DNA from: Bigelowiella natans CCMP2755
Lineage: Eukaryota; Protista; Cercozoa
Assembly (NCBI GenBank): GCA_000320545.1
Contig: ADNK01001510.1
Span: forward strand, 62,001-126,000
DNA length: 64,000 bases
Direction of reading: 5' to 3'
The stretch's first letter is position 1. Every line of letters begins with the position of its first letter. This document shows, piece by piece, positions 51,845 to 64,000 of the stretch. The notes below the pieces were generated by a model, which ran no database searches, was not told where the DNA came from, and saw only the letters and a list, made by a program, of their open reading frames with translations. Made by a program: the position numbers and the translations under genes.

Positions 51845-52359
51845 TCAGCGGAAACAATCAAACATATAATGACTCATAAAATAGTAGAATCCGATGCTCA
51901 ATACCTATCGATTCTAATGCTTTAGCATGTACGTAAAGGAGGTATAGTGAAGATGAAATGTGTCAATTTTTATTACCTTGTTGGAGGGTTTGCATGCGCA
52001 GAGGTACCGAATATGGTGCAAGCATACAACCTTTAATGCGTGGAAGAAGTGGAAGAAGAAGAAGAAGAAGAAGAAGAAGAAGAAGAGATTATGAGATATT
52101 GTGGTTGTTTTATGTGTCGTCTGTGCTAAGTGACTTGTCCCTTAAATACATGCATGAAAAACTACTATTACTACTACAATTACTAGCTACTTCTGCTGCT
52201 ACGACGTTAAAGTAGTACAACTAGCACCATCATCAACCTACTGATCTAATACCTTTTCTTGTCCGGAACAAAAACACGTCATGTACGATAAATAGCAATG
52301 TTGTTTGCCTGAACCATCATATCATCAACGATCATCAAGATGAAAATGATAATCATCAC

Positions 52360-52397
<38 letters not shown>

Positions 52398-52432
52398 CTA
52401 TTTTGGAGGGCACGTCGTTAACGGCGAGTGAT

Positions 52433-52466
<34 letters not shown>

Positions 52467-53519
52467 CATACATCATAATCGTGTATTGTCTCTTCTTCTT
52501 CTATGTCAGTATTTATTACATAGGAGGCACTGTTTGCACTCGGGGTCTAAAGAAGAAGTAGTAGCCGTCGTCATCGATGATGATGATGATGATGATGATA
52601 ATGATGATGTTGTCCTCTTTGAGCCGGGAGAAGGATTGCCTACGACAGCCAGCAATCGACGATTTCATCACACACACAATATGTGCTGTTTTGTGGAATA
52701 AAGATCAAGAGCAGCTCACAGACACATCATATGAAAAGACAAACCACCACCACAGTCCCATTACCATCATTATCTTCTTCATCATCATCGTTATCACAAT
52801 CGTTTTCACAACTTATCCCCCTCCTCCTCCTCCTCCTCATCATCATCATTATCATTTTTTCCATTATTGTCACTTGTACCTTTTGCATCGTTCTTACCAG
52901 AACCCATTACCATTTCCGTATATACCCCCTGTAGTAATAATATAGCAAGATCACGAATTGTTTACACTAATATTGCAAAGGAGGAGGAGGAGGAGGATCA
53001 TTCAACAAACGATATACTACTACTAGTAGTAGTAGTAGTAGTCGTAGTACTGCTTTTTTGAGTTTTTTCCTGAGACGATCTTCCTCATCAAACATTGTGC
53101 GTATTTCTGAGAGTAAGATCTTGTTTTCTGCACTTTTTCCTGAAATACCATATCATCAATCATCAGCCATCTATCATCACTACTACTACTAATGACGATG
53201 ATGATGACCACCACGACAACGAAGAATCAATGTAGTAAGAGGTGAAATATAGGAGGAGGAGGAGGAGTATCACAGCACGTTCAACTCCTAATAATTCTGC
53301 CTCTTCCTCCTCCTCCTTCTCTTAGCATTATTATTCGTTTATGTAGAGTGCTGTTCTAGCAGCAGCAGCAGTAGTAGTAATAGTAGTAATAGTACCGAAT
53401 TCCTCCTCCTTTCCTAACTCAATGTACTTCTTCTGCCTCTGCTCCGCAATGCGTAACAATAACCTTAATGGATGATGATATAGAGCAATTGATAAGAAAT
53501 AATAATAATTAATGAATAT

Positions 53520-53550
<31 letters not shown>

Positions 53551-53683
53551 AGATACTTTACCGATTAGTAGCAGTAGTAGTAGTAGCATATAGCCCAGCC
53601 CCCCCCCCCCCCCCCCCCCCCCCTCCTCCTCTCCCCCCCTCTCTCTCTATTCTGTTTCATCTGTCTATGATAAACAGATGATA

Positions 53684-53718
<35 letters not shown>

Positions 53719-54873
53719 ATAATGATGATGATCTATCTATAATATAATACTACCATTCATGGGGAAAGAGAGATAATCGTTTCATCTCACGGTATCGTTT
53801 CACACACTGTCGCCCATACGGAAACCACTCATCATATGCGAGATTTACCTAAGTTACACAATTATTTATGTAGTAATAATAACAATCACCCAGCAATTTC
53901 ATAAATCAATTAATGTCAATATCGATCTCTCACACTCACTTATAACCGCTACCGCTTCTGCCGCATTTATATGTATAAATAAATATATATATATATATAT
54001 ATATACCGCTTCTGCCACATTATATCCGGCGTTGAAGCCACAATGATAACCTTGTTTATCGACGACGATTTAACATCAATAAGGGGTGATGACAAATAAG
54101 TGCGTATCACCATCATCATCACCATCATATCATCCCAAAGATAGATATATGCATGATCAATAGCATATTCCTAGTCTCTCATACGCTATGATTCAGAACT
54201 ATATCAACTTGGTGTGTTTTACGATTATACTACAATACTTACTTACCACGTGGAAAAGTCACGATAAACGAACCCTGTGATATTGTAATAAAATAATAAT
54301 TATAATAATAATAATAATAATGAAAATACGACGTATATACTATGTTCTCCAATTAGTAATAATGATGATAATGATTACAATAGTAGGAATGGTGATGATA
54401 ATGATGATGGTGATGATGATGATGATGAAGAAAATGATGATAATGAAGAAGTTGAAGAGAAATGATTCTACATAGGTAGGTATTGATGATAACAATAAAT
54501 CATATATTCGTATTAGAGAGAGGAGCTAGCTGCAGGGCTGCTTTCCACCGAACAACAACAACAACAACAACACGTTATTTTAGTAGTAGTAGTAGTAGTA
54601 TTGCTATTGTGTACAGTACCACGTGACACTCATAATGATATTATAGCTCTAATTATTTGTACTACCACTGATCAACATATTACTACTGATCAACGACTAA
54701 TACAACAACAATAACAACAACTTATTATTCTTACCTCCCTTTGCACAGCCCGACAAACATTTACCTAAGGGATGACAGACAACAAGAACAAACATAGAAA
54801 GTGAATCAACAAAGAATGAAGAAAGAAAGGGAAGGAAAGGACGATGGGAAGAGGAACGAACAGAAACACGCAC

Positions 54874-54915
<42 letters not shown>

Positions 54916-54989
54916 TTATATATGCATACTTTTTTTATATGTATTTACAGAAAAGTAGATAGACTCTCAATATTCATTATCATCTAGCA

Positions 54990-55023
<34 letters not shown>

Positions 55024-56547
55024 GCCATTATGATCTACAACAGTAGTCTTGTTCTTGTTGCTGTTCTTCTACTAGTACTAGTACCCCTGCAGCTATGAGC
55101 GTGGAGGGGTCAAGCATAGTCACTAACTTCTGCATCAGATCAGGTTCCCTAATCAAAATTCATTATCATCATTTTATGTGTGCAGTCAGTCAGTAGAGAG
55201 AGAGGATATATAAGTTGTTACTATAAACTACATACATACATACATACATACATTTGGAAGAGGAGCGGCATGTGTGCTTTCATAGTCCTTTCGAGTGCCT
55301 TTGCATGTTGTGCAGGTGCAGCATACCACACCTATGATTATCATCATCATCATCATCATCGTCATCACCAAGATATTGAACAAACAAGTGAGAATATAAG
55401 ATGGAAGAATGAGACGAAGAGGAAGAAAAAGAAGAAGAGGAAAGAAGGGTTAGGAGGAGGAGGAAGAGGATCAGGAAAATACTACCTTAGGAGCTCCTTT
55501 ATGCAAGTAGTTGATGGAGGGTAAATAGTTATCTTCTGTGTGCCTAATGATTGATGATGGATGGATGGTGATGATCATGGTGGTGGTGGTGGTGGTTGTG
55601 GTGATAACAGCTAATAATAATTCTAGAAGATAGTAGTAGTATCTATCTCCAGCAAGGAATAATAGCTTTACATGCATTCACCACAACAATAATAAATAAT
55701 AGGGATTTCTTCTCCTCCTCAATGACGAATAATACATAGGAACAATTACCATGGAAAACAATAATAAATAATAGGGATTTCTTCTCCTCCTCAATGACGA
55801 ATAATACATAGGAACAATTACCATGGAAAAGCAATTCCGTTTTATTTTGCATCATCATCATCATCATCATCATCATTATCATCATCATCGTCATCAAGAT
55901 GGAGAACAGCAACAAGACAACGCACCAACCAGCAAAATGAAGAGAAAAGCATTCCACAGTACACCCATGGCACCTGAACGTATTGATACACAGACTGTTG
56001 ATAATAATAATAATAATAATCATCATCATCATCATCATGATCATGGTCATCGATTTTCCTTTTAATGGGTGAATATACCGTAACTCCAGGCACCGATTTG
56101 TTCAGCAGATGCAGGGGAGACTCTTCTAGCACCGCAATACGATTTAAATTCCAATCACTACTACTTAGAGGTTGCCCGACCCCCCCACCCCCCCCCCCCT
56201 CCTCCCTCCTCCTCCTCCTCCTCCTCTTCCAAGTCATCATCATCATCGTCGTCGTCCTCACCAATATCGTTATCATCGTCACCATTGCCAGCATCATCAT
56301 CATTCTCGATCTTGTAATTTTTCCTTATTTCACTGCTATTCCGCATATGATCATTAGCCTTCTTCCCCTCACCATCATTTTTACACAAATTTCTTGCCTT
56401 CTTTGTTGAATTCTTCAAGTTATTATTTCCATTCTTTTGCCTCCTCTTTTTCTCTTTCATCATCATCTTGTTCTTTTTCTTCTTCTCGGCCCCAAATCTA
56501 CCATGACGTAGTATATGCGGTCATCCACATCCAATTACATATATGGC

Positions 56548-56581
<34 letters not shown>

Positions 56582-57018
56582 ATTGTAATGGTAGTGTCTT
56601 ATTATGATAGAAAGAAGTAGTCTTCCTCCTCCACAGGATAATAGTGATGACGATGATAGATAGAAAGTGAATAACGTAATGTAACGTAACGCATACCCGC
56701 TTCCAAGAAGTGAGCTATTGACATCATTGCCATAATCCACCTGCAATTCTGGATTACCAGTCTTGACAGATTGCCAGTATCTACGCTCTATAGCACGGAT
56801 AGGACGACTCCTCTCATGCTCCTATTAGTTGGTTGGTTATTTAGTTTGGTACTAGTATTTTATCAAGGAAATGATGATGATGATGATGATGATGATAATG
56901 ATGATGATGACGATGATGATGATGATGGGTTCTTAGTCTACTTTTTATAACAAGAACATTGCCATAGTAAGAGTTTAGAAAACAACTGTCAAGTATAAGT
57001 CAGTGCTACTTATTCGAG

Positions 57019-57051
<33 letters not shown>

Positions 57052-58003
57052 ACAGTAGTAGTAGTAGTAGTAGTGGTAGTAGCAACATGGTAACAACAAC
57101 AACCTCTTATCATCATCGCTTGTTAAAATAGTATTGTTGTGAAGATTTATGTGTCATTAGACCAAAGGTTGTATTGATTTATTTCGATTGTTGTAGGTTG
57201 CTGGAAGATCATTGTTGTATTTTATTCTTGTTTATTCAATTGAACCAACGATCATTGTTGTATTATATCCTTGTTGTTTTATTCAATTCAACCAACGAAC
57301 GGTTATTTCGTATAACAACCAACCTCTATAATGGTGGACGATGCATTAGGAGGCGGAGTTGGGATCTCTAGGGAGAAAAAAGAAACCAACACACAGGTAA
57401 GAAGGAGAGGGCTAGTACCAGTATATCTGGATCAAACGATCAAAGGATATTATTTTTATTATTATTACTATTAAGAGCTAGTTGCTGCTACTTAATCTCC
57501 TCGCTCATCTCAAGATATATACGTCTCGATTTGCTTCTTCTTATAATTATTCATTCGTTATCATGCAACAACCACTGCACACGTTTAAGAATCTTCACTA
57601 AGTCGTATAAAATAATTAGAGGTGATATATGTTTGGAAAACCAACAAGCATCTACAATGGCCATCATCATCATGGTCATCATCATCGCTATCGTCATCAC
57701 CTAATTCGTCTAGATGTTTCCGTTCAAAAGCTCTTGACATATCTCGGTATCTACAGTACGTATGAATGTAGGAATGAGTGTCACATATAATATAATCTCA
57801 ATATCATCTGTATTTAGTCAGTGATAAGTGTAAGGGTCTAAATCAATCAATCAATAAGGATGAGCTTCATGTTTAACCGTCGCCAACAATAAATAATCGC
57901 TCACTGACTCACATGATGATGACTTTGCCGCAAAACAAATATGATGCAATAACGTCACAAATGTGATATATTTTACATAGATCTAGGATACTACAGAAGA
58001 TAA

Positions 58004-58080
<77 letters not shown>

Positions 58081-59922
58081 TTCTTGTAGTATTTTTAATA
58101 AAGATTACTCTTTCAAAGTATAATCTTTGCCTTCATCAAAGCCCTGTGCTTCCTGTAGTCGATGGACATGTTGGCGACGTGTAGAGAATCGATAAGTGTG
58201 GGGATTTATATGAAACCCCGGAGACCATCCTCCTTTTGGTGGAACAACGCTGCGGAAGAAACAACAACAACAACAACATTAACATTAACAAGAAATATCA
58301 TAATGATGAGTGAGTATGGTGATGAAAACAAATCCAAAAACAAATGTAGCAATTCTGACGAATAGCAGCCCTTTAATTTAATTAACAATCAGCAGCAGTA
58401 GCAGTAGCAGTAGTAGTAGTAGTAGTAGTAGTACTTTAAAATTCCCCATTTTTCACCAATCGGATGCAAGCTACGGATGTAGCGAATGGGGTTTTTGAAT
58501 TCTTGAGGAGTAGGATAAAATACAGGGCACTCAGGGACCTCATTCAGATCAATACGCACCTGCAACAAACAACAATAACAACAACCAGCAGAAGAACAAT
58601 ATTATACTCATGGGAGAGAAATAGTCTGCTGCCGTAGCGTAATATGGAAAATTGAAATGAGAATACTAGTGTAGTAAAGGTGGCGGTGGTGGTGGTGGCC
58701 TCTTTTGTTTGTATACAACTATCTATGGAAAAGTAGAAGTAAGTCATGGAAAGAGCAAGCCAAGATGAGCAATCAGAGGAAGAATAATACGTCAAGTTGA
58801 AGAAAGCACTACCAAAACAATAACATCTAATGATAATGCTACACCAAGAGTGAAATACTTCATATATTATCAATCAGTTAGTGCGACAGAATACTAGTGA
58901 TCATTGCTACCTGTGACAGCTTTGAATTTTCCAGTGCTTGCCGCAGCAACTTTTCCTCTGCGTTTTGACTTAAAGGAATCTCTAGAAGAACGTCTGATAG
59001 TATCCTTCCGTTTTGAGGGTAAACAAGGCAATCATTCAACTACACCATTTTATACAATTACTGATATATGAACCAATCATAATAAACACATGCACTACAA
59101 TGCATCTTTGAATTTCATGTAGTACAAGATGTGTTCTACTCCTGGTGGTGATGGTGGTGGTGGTTCTGCTGATGCTAAAATGGATTATTGATCAACGCAT
59201 TGCAGTGTGTTTGTAGTAGTAGTAGTAGGTGGTAATAAGCTGTCTTCCTACATGCCCTGCTTGCTACTACTACTACTACTACCCGTTAGAGTCGCAGAAT
59301 GTGTTATTCTTCAGTTGTTTCGCCGTTGTTATTCTTGTAGAACTATGGCCTCCCCCCTCTCCACCCCCCCCCCCCCCTCCTCCTCCTTCACTGCCAGCTG
59401 CGTTGTTCTTCTTCGCCCGGCGCACACGCTTCTTTCCTGAGCTACTACTACTGGTGTTGGTACTATTACTGCTGCTGCTGGTATCCTCCATATTCCCACC
59501 ACGCGCACGTTTCGATCCATACTCAGCTGAAAAAGTAAATAGATGAAATATAGATGGAATAATAATGGTGAAAAGGGCGGAGCGGGGAAGAATGGGGGAT
59601 AGAAGGAACAAAAGGGGGAATTGAATACAAATACTAGCGGTTTCTATTTCATTTATCCCATAGGTCTCACACAGAAATGTGCAGAATATTTTTCGCAAAT
59701 TCAAGCAAATTCAACACCATAAAATAAAAATATATTGGTAAGAATATATATTGTACATAAGACTAAACTATACAACTTGAGACATGAAATGCCAAGGCAA
59801 AATCTAAATTTTTCAACAGACGTGCCGTAATCACAGCCCAGTTTCCCATTACCGTGTTCTTTTTTTATCCGGGTTGACGATAGAGAGGATGGGGGAGATG
59901 AAGATGGTGATAATGACTTCAT
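51845..59922 (-). CDS. KDM5/JARID1-like JmjN-JmjC-C5HC2 histone demethylase (no ARID seen), multi-exon; ends approximate
   Basis: JmjN VPECPVFYPTPQEFKNPIRYIRSLHPIGEKWGILK (~58434-58559); IERRYWQSV..QVDYGNDV; DWNLNRI..PGVT|VPWVYCGMLFSSFCW|HTEDNYLPSINYLHKGAPKV|WY; FPR|GYHCGFNAGYNVAEA (Fe ligands H-x-E...H intact); KQHCYLSYMTCFC..VCLHHIRYLCAC. Confidence 0.87.
55687..55830. repeat. Exact 72-bp tandem duplication within a JmjC-gene intron
   Basis: caataataaataatagggatttcttctcctcctcaatgacgaataatacataggaacaattaccatggaaaa occurs twice. Confidence 0.9.
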
Positions 59923-60029
59923 CTGTGAACAATAAAAAGGACAAGAAATTGTATATTCTCAAATCATAATCGGAGAATACCGTCTTATAGTCTAAACCTT
60001 GGTGTGGATTTGTGTTTTCCTTTTAGACA

Positions 60030-60840
60030 TTAGGAGAAATCCTGGTTTAGGAAGTAGGCGGACTGTTTCTGCTTCTATTCTTTCTTCCTGCGAACAATTT
60101 CCACACCGCCAAGATGACTTTGAGGCGACCTCGGCGCAATAAACATGAACCTGGAAAAGAGGTATCCAATTTTCTCACAATTTATTTTCTCACAATTTCT
60201 ATCTAGTTTTCTTGAAATATTACACTATGGCTACCATCACACTTTCAACATCATCGATAACATTGATTATTTTCTAAGTAATAATTTTCCGATATCGCTC
60301 TCATTTGTTCCCAGAATCTTTCTCGATTGGCATTTGAACCTGAACGGATCGGCAACTAGAACATATCGCCATCATTTCTGGATCCTCATCAGAAAGACAA
60401 AGCTCACAGAGAAGGAGATCAGATGAACCGAAGCTCATCTTCGTACGCTTCTGAGGGGATGGGAGATAGCGTATCGAAGAGTAAATTGAAGTGTGAATTG
60501 AAGGGTGAAGTGCGTTTCTCCTTAAGAGCAAAGCAATCTATGTCGAAAAAATAAATTTTCTTCTCGGCTAGAAAACAAGCACTGACGATTTCACCCAAAA
60601 TATCCACCAAGAGATTATGCTCTGGCGTCTTCACGATGAGATTCATGGTAATCGCTTGTGTAATTTTCAAAAGTTTGTTGTCGTATCTTGTATAGCCGAT
60701 GAGATACGTCTATCCGACAAATTAGATATTCGGTGCGTTTTTTTCAGGGTAAAGGTGCCGGTCGGCCGCGTAGATGGTACTGAGATGCCTTCAGCTTTAA
60801 GTTTCTGGAAATGTTTTCTGCTTTTGATAAGGCCCTAAAT
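60030..60840 (-). CDS. PHD-finger coding exons (either 5' part of the KDM5-like gene or a separate small gene)
   Basis: LLCELCLSDEDPEMMAICSSCRSVQ|VHVYCAEVASKSSWRCGNC fits a C4HC3 PHD pattern with the conserved W. An in-frame splice (aca|gtccgc to cacag|atg at 59922) could join it to the JmjC gene; otherwise it stops at TAA 60030. Confidence 0.62.
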
Positions 60841-61318
60841 AAGTGATAACAGTATAAGTGCGTCTAGGATTTTGAAAGGACGGCAGTAATGAATCACCTT
60901 ATAATTGGCACATTAATTGCACATAAAAATTGAAATAATTCCCACTATAAGAGAGATAAAAGAGAGTTAAGGTTACTTAATTCGTTAGATTTTGGTAGGA
61001 AATAGAAGACTGAAACCCACAAGAGAGAGACGGGTTGCAGCCGACGTGCTGTCTACGTCTACGCAACATCACATGACTCACTTGGCACTCTCTTACAACT
61101 ATTACCCAACTCTCTTTCGTAGGACTGTTTTGGTACAAATTCGGTACTTATTGTCTCTTTTTGATGAGACAAAGAGAATTTACACTGTGTTTGGTCTTTA
61201 ATTCCTCGCAGGGCCCCTACTTTCAGCACATAACTTGAAGACATTTTTTGTTACATAGCGGAGGATGTACGGCTCCCACCCCCATAATGACCTCGAGACC
61301 CAGCAGGTTCATCCTTCC

Positions 61319-63821
61319 ATGAAGGCAAACAAGAGATCCCCTCTTCTGAAGGCTCTCTTGGCAAGCGCGGTCTTCCTTTCCTGTGCAGTTGCCTTCGTGG
61401 CTGTCAGGAACGCGCAAAGCGGTAATGACTAGACAGTTTTTTGAAACTAATTAAGCAAGAATACATTTGATTATAGAGATACAATCATTATAGTTGGAAA
61501 GTATATTTGTGCTAGATTGAATTTGAAAACAAAGGGAGAAGAGCGGGGGGGTTAAAGGGGGGATGTACCAGTATACAAGTTTGAGACAAGAGAAATGATG
61601 AATGCATGATAATTATCTGTCTTTACGGTTTACAGGCAATCTTGAGGCCTCTGTTGCCAATCGTGTCAATGTGATGCCAATGATGACGCAATTCCGTGCC
61701 CCAATGCACATGGCTCCTCAGCATCATCGCCAATCAGAGATGAAAGTACGATCTGCTGCCCAGAAGCATGTTGCATCTACGGTCGCACCTCCTGCATCTA
61801 TTACTGAAACTGAGATGCAGTCCCTTGCCCGTGCTGCTGACGAAGAACGTGGATTGGCTATGGACGGTGTCACTGCTGCAAACTCTGGTCACCTCGGTCT
61901 TCCTCTTGGAGCTGCTGAGATTGGTGCTATTCTCTGGGGAAAGTCTATGACCTACAATCCAGAGGACCCTAAGTGGATTAACCGTGATCGATTCATCCTC
62001 TCTGCAGGCCATGGATCTATGTTCATCTATTCCTGGTTGAACCTTGCTGGTTATGATCTCCCCATGGAAGAGCTGAAGAATTTCCGTCAGCATCACTCCA
62101 TGACCCCAGGTCACCCTGAGTTCCCTAACTCTGAGCATACCACTCCTGGAATCGAGTCCACCACTGGACCTCTAGGACAGGGTGTTTCGAATGCTGTTGG
62201 TATGGCTGCTGCTGAGAAGATGGCTGCTGCTACCTACAACACAGAGGAGCATAAAATCATTGATAACCACATCTTCGCTCTTGCTGGAGACGGATGTCTT
62301 CAGGAAGGTGTTGCTTTCGAGGCTGCTGCTTTCGCTGCACACGAGAAGCTTGACAACTTGATCGTTCTATACGATGCTAATGATGTCACCCTTGACAAGA
62401 TGGCTGAATTCACACAATCTGAGGATGTCATCACCCGGTACAAGGCTATGGGATGGGATGCTGTTGTTGTTGATGGCCATGATATTGAAGCAGTCTATGC
62501 CGCTATTGAAACTGCAAAGGCTGAGAACAACGGAAAGCCAAAGCTCCTTATGTGTCGCACAGTGATCGGTAAGGGTATCGATGAGGTTGCAGGAACCAAT
62601 GCTGCTCACGGAGAGGCTGGCGTCAAGTTTACTGATGAGTCTCGTGCAAAGCTTGGACTCCCAGAGGAGAAGTTCTACGTCTCTCCTGAGACCCGCGATT
62701 TCTTTTCCAACCGTAAGACTGAGTTAAAGGCTACTTACGATCAGTGGCAATCTACCTTTACCGCTTGGAAGGCTGCAAACCCTGCAAAGGCTGATCAGCT
62801 TCAGAAGGCAGTTGACCGTCATACTCCTTCGGTAGAGGAGATGTTCGCTCAGATCCCTGCTCGTGACGATATTTCTGCTGAGGCAACTCGTATCTCTGGT
62901 TCCACTGCTCTCAATGATATTGCCAAGATCTTCCCTGATGTAATCTCCGGATCTGCTGATCTCCACGGTTCCAACAAGAACTACATCTCAGGAGGTGGAG
63001 ACTTCGGGGGAGAACCTTCACTTGGAAAAGATTACACTGGACGTAACGTGTACTACGGTATCCGTGAACACGCTATGGGAGCTATTATGAACGGATTCGC
63101 TTACTATGGACTTAACCGCCCTTCTGGAGCGACGTTCTTGGTTTTCGCTGATTACATGCGTTCCCCTGTGCGTGTTGCTGCACTAGCTGAGCTTCCTGTG
63201 AGCTATATTTGGACTCATGATTCTATCGGTGTTGGAGAGGATGGTCCTACTCACCAGCCTATTGAACAGGTCTCTTCCCTCCGTCTGATCCCTAATCTTG
63301 ATGTCATGCGTCCTGCAGACCCTGAAGAGACTGTGGGAGCATACGTTGGTACTATGGAACGTCAAAATGGTCCAACTGCTCTCATCCTCACTCGTCAGAA
63401 TGTTCCTAACCTGAAAGAAATCCCTGTTGAAACCCGCCGTATGGGAGCGATTAAGGGAGGCTACATCGCTAAAAAGGAAACTGGAGAACTTAAAACCATC
63501 ATTCTTGCTTCTGGATCCGAGCTCAGCACTGCCATGGATGCTGCGAAGCAGATGGGTGATGGTGTGCGTGTTGTATCTATGCCTTGCATGGAGCGATTTG
63601 ACCGCCAAGATGACAGCTATAAGGCTGAAGTACTTCCAGCCTCGTGCCGTAAGCGTGTTGCTATCGAAGCTGGTGCATCCGGTATGTGGTACAAGTACGT
63701 TGGTCTTGACGGTAAGGTGATCGGGGTTGACAGATTCGGTTTCTCTGCACCTGGTGACATCGTTTTCAAGGAACTTGGTTTTACCGCTGATAACGTGGTT
63801 GCGACAGCAAAGGCTCTCTAA
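61319..63821 (+). CDS. TKL: Plastid-targeted transketolase, 2 exons (61319-61421, 61636-63821), bipartite signal plus transit peptide
   Basis: [31 protein letters not shown], ThDP motif [35 protein letters not shown]. Exon 1 [34 protein letters not shown] is a signal peptide. Strong codon bias. Confidence 0.97.
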
Positions 63822-64000
63822 ATTGCAACGTCACAAATAAAACCGTACTAAACTGTACGTAAAGTTACATCGCGGCTTTAAGGTTTAGCCCATTAGGAAA
63901 GAAGATAGTGATGCTACCTTCGCACCGAGATTCATGTCATCACTGTGCATCTAATACAGCATTCTACATGAGCATCGCTTGAAATCATAGCATCACACAC

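Noticed and set aside
1186-59704. Poly-H, poly-M, poly-Y, IYIY and ERER ORFs throughout the track
   Set aside because: Translations of intronic microsatellites.
61602-61635. ORF-track start of transketolase ([11 protein letters not shown])
   Set aside because: Intronic read-through. The real N-terminus is the signal-peptide exon at 61319-61421.

Overview
Intron-dense eukaryotic nuclear DNA with microsatellite-filled introns. It is most likely from a chlorarachniophyte alga; this is inferred from a transketolase with a signal peptide plus transit-peptide-like leader that lacks a diatom-type ASAFAP motif, and from ciliary genes. Hand-spliced genes in order: WDPCP/Fritz (+), MORN1 (-), a NodZ/FUT8-like fucosyltransferase (+), a VHL-like/UPF0489 protein (-), a multi-pass membrane protein (-), an OFA-type MFS transporter (+), a C2H2 zinc-finger factor (-), a DUF3405-like protein (-), CCT2 (+), a KDM5-like JmjC demethylase with an upstream PHD finger (-), and a plastid transketolase (+). 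The most striking signal is non-coding. Six intergenic spacers downstream of gene 3' ends have lost TpA dinucleotides, which appear to have been converted to TpG or CpA, while CTAG is spared. By hand count, 41874-44220 has 4 TpA and 26716-28040 has 9 TpA, all in CTAG. Introns and divergent promoters remain rich in TA. Homologous repeat copies in two of these islands differ by reciprocal CA/TG swaps. This points to a chromatin-domain-restricted A:T to G:C hypermutation process, the reverse of fungal RIP. A second pattern is that many introns carry complementary microsatellite or purine/pyrimidine arms, and many splice donors run directly into (GTA)n. Exon coordinates and counts are manual and need computational confirmation.
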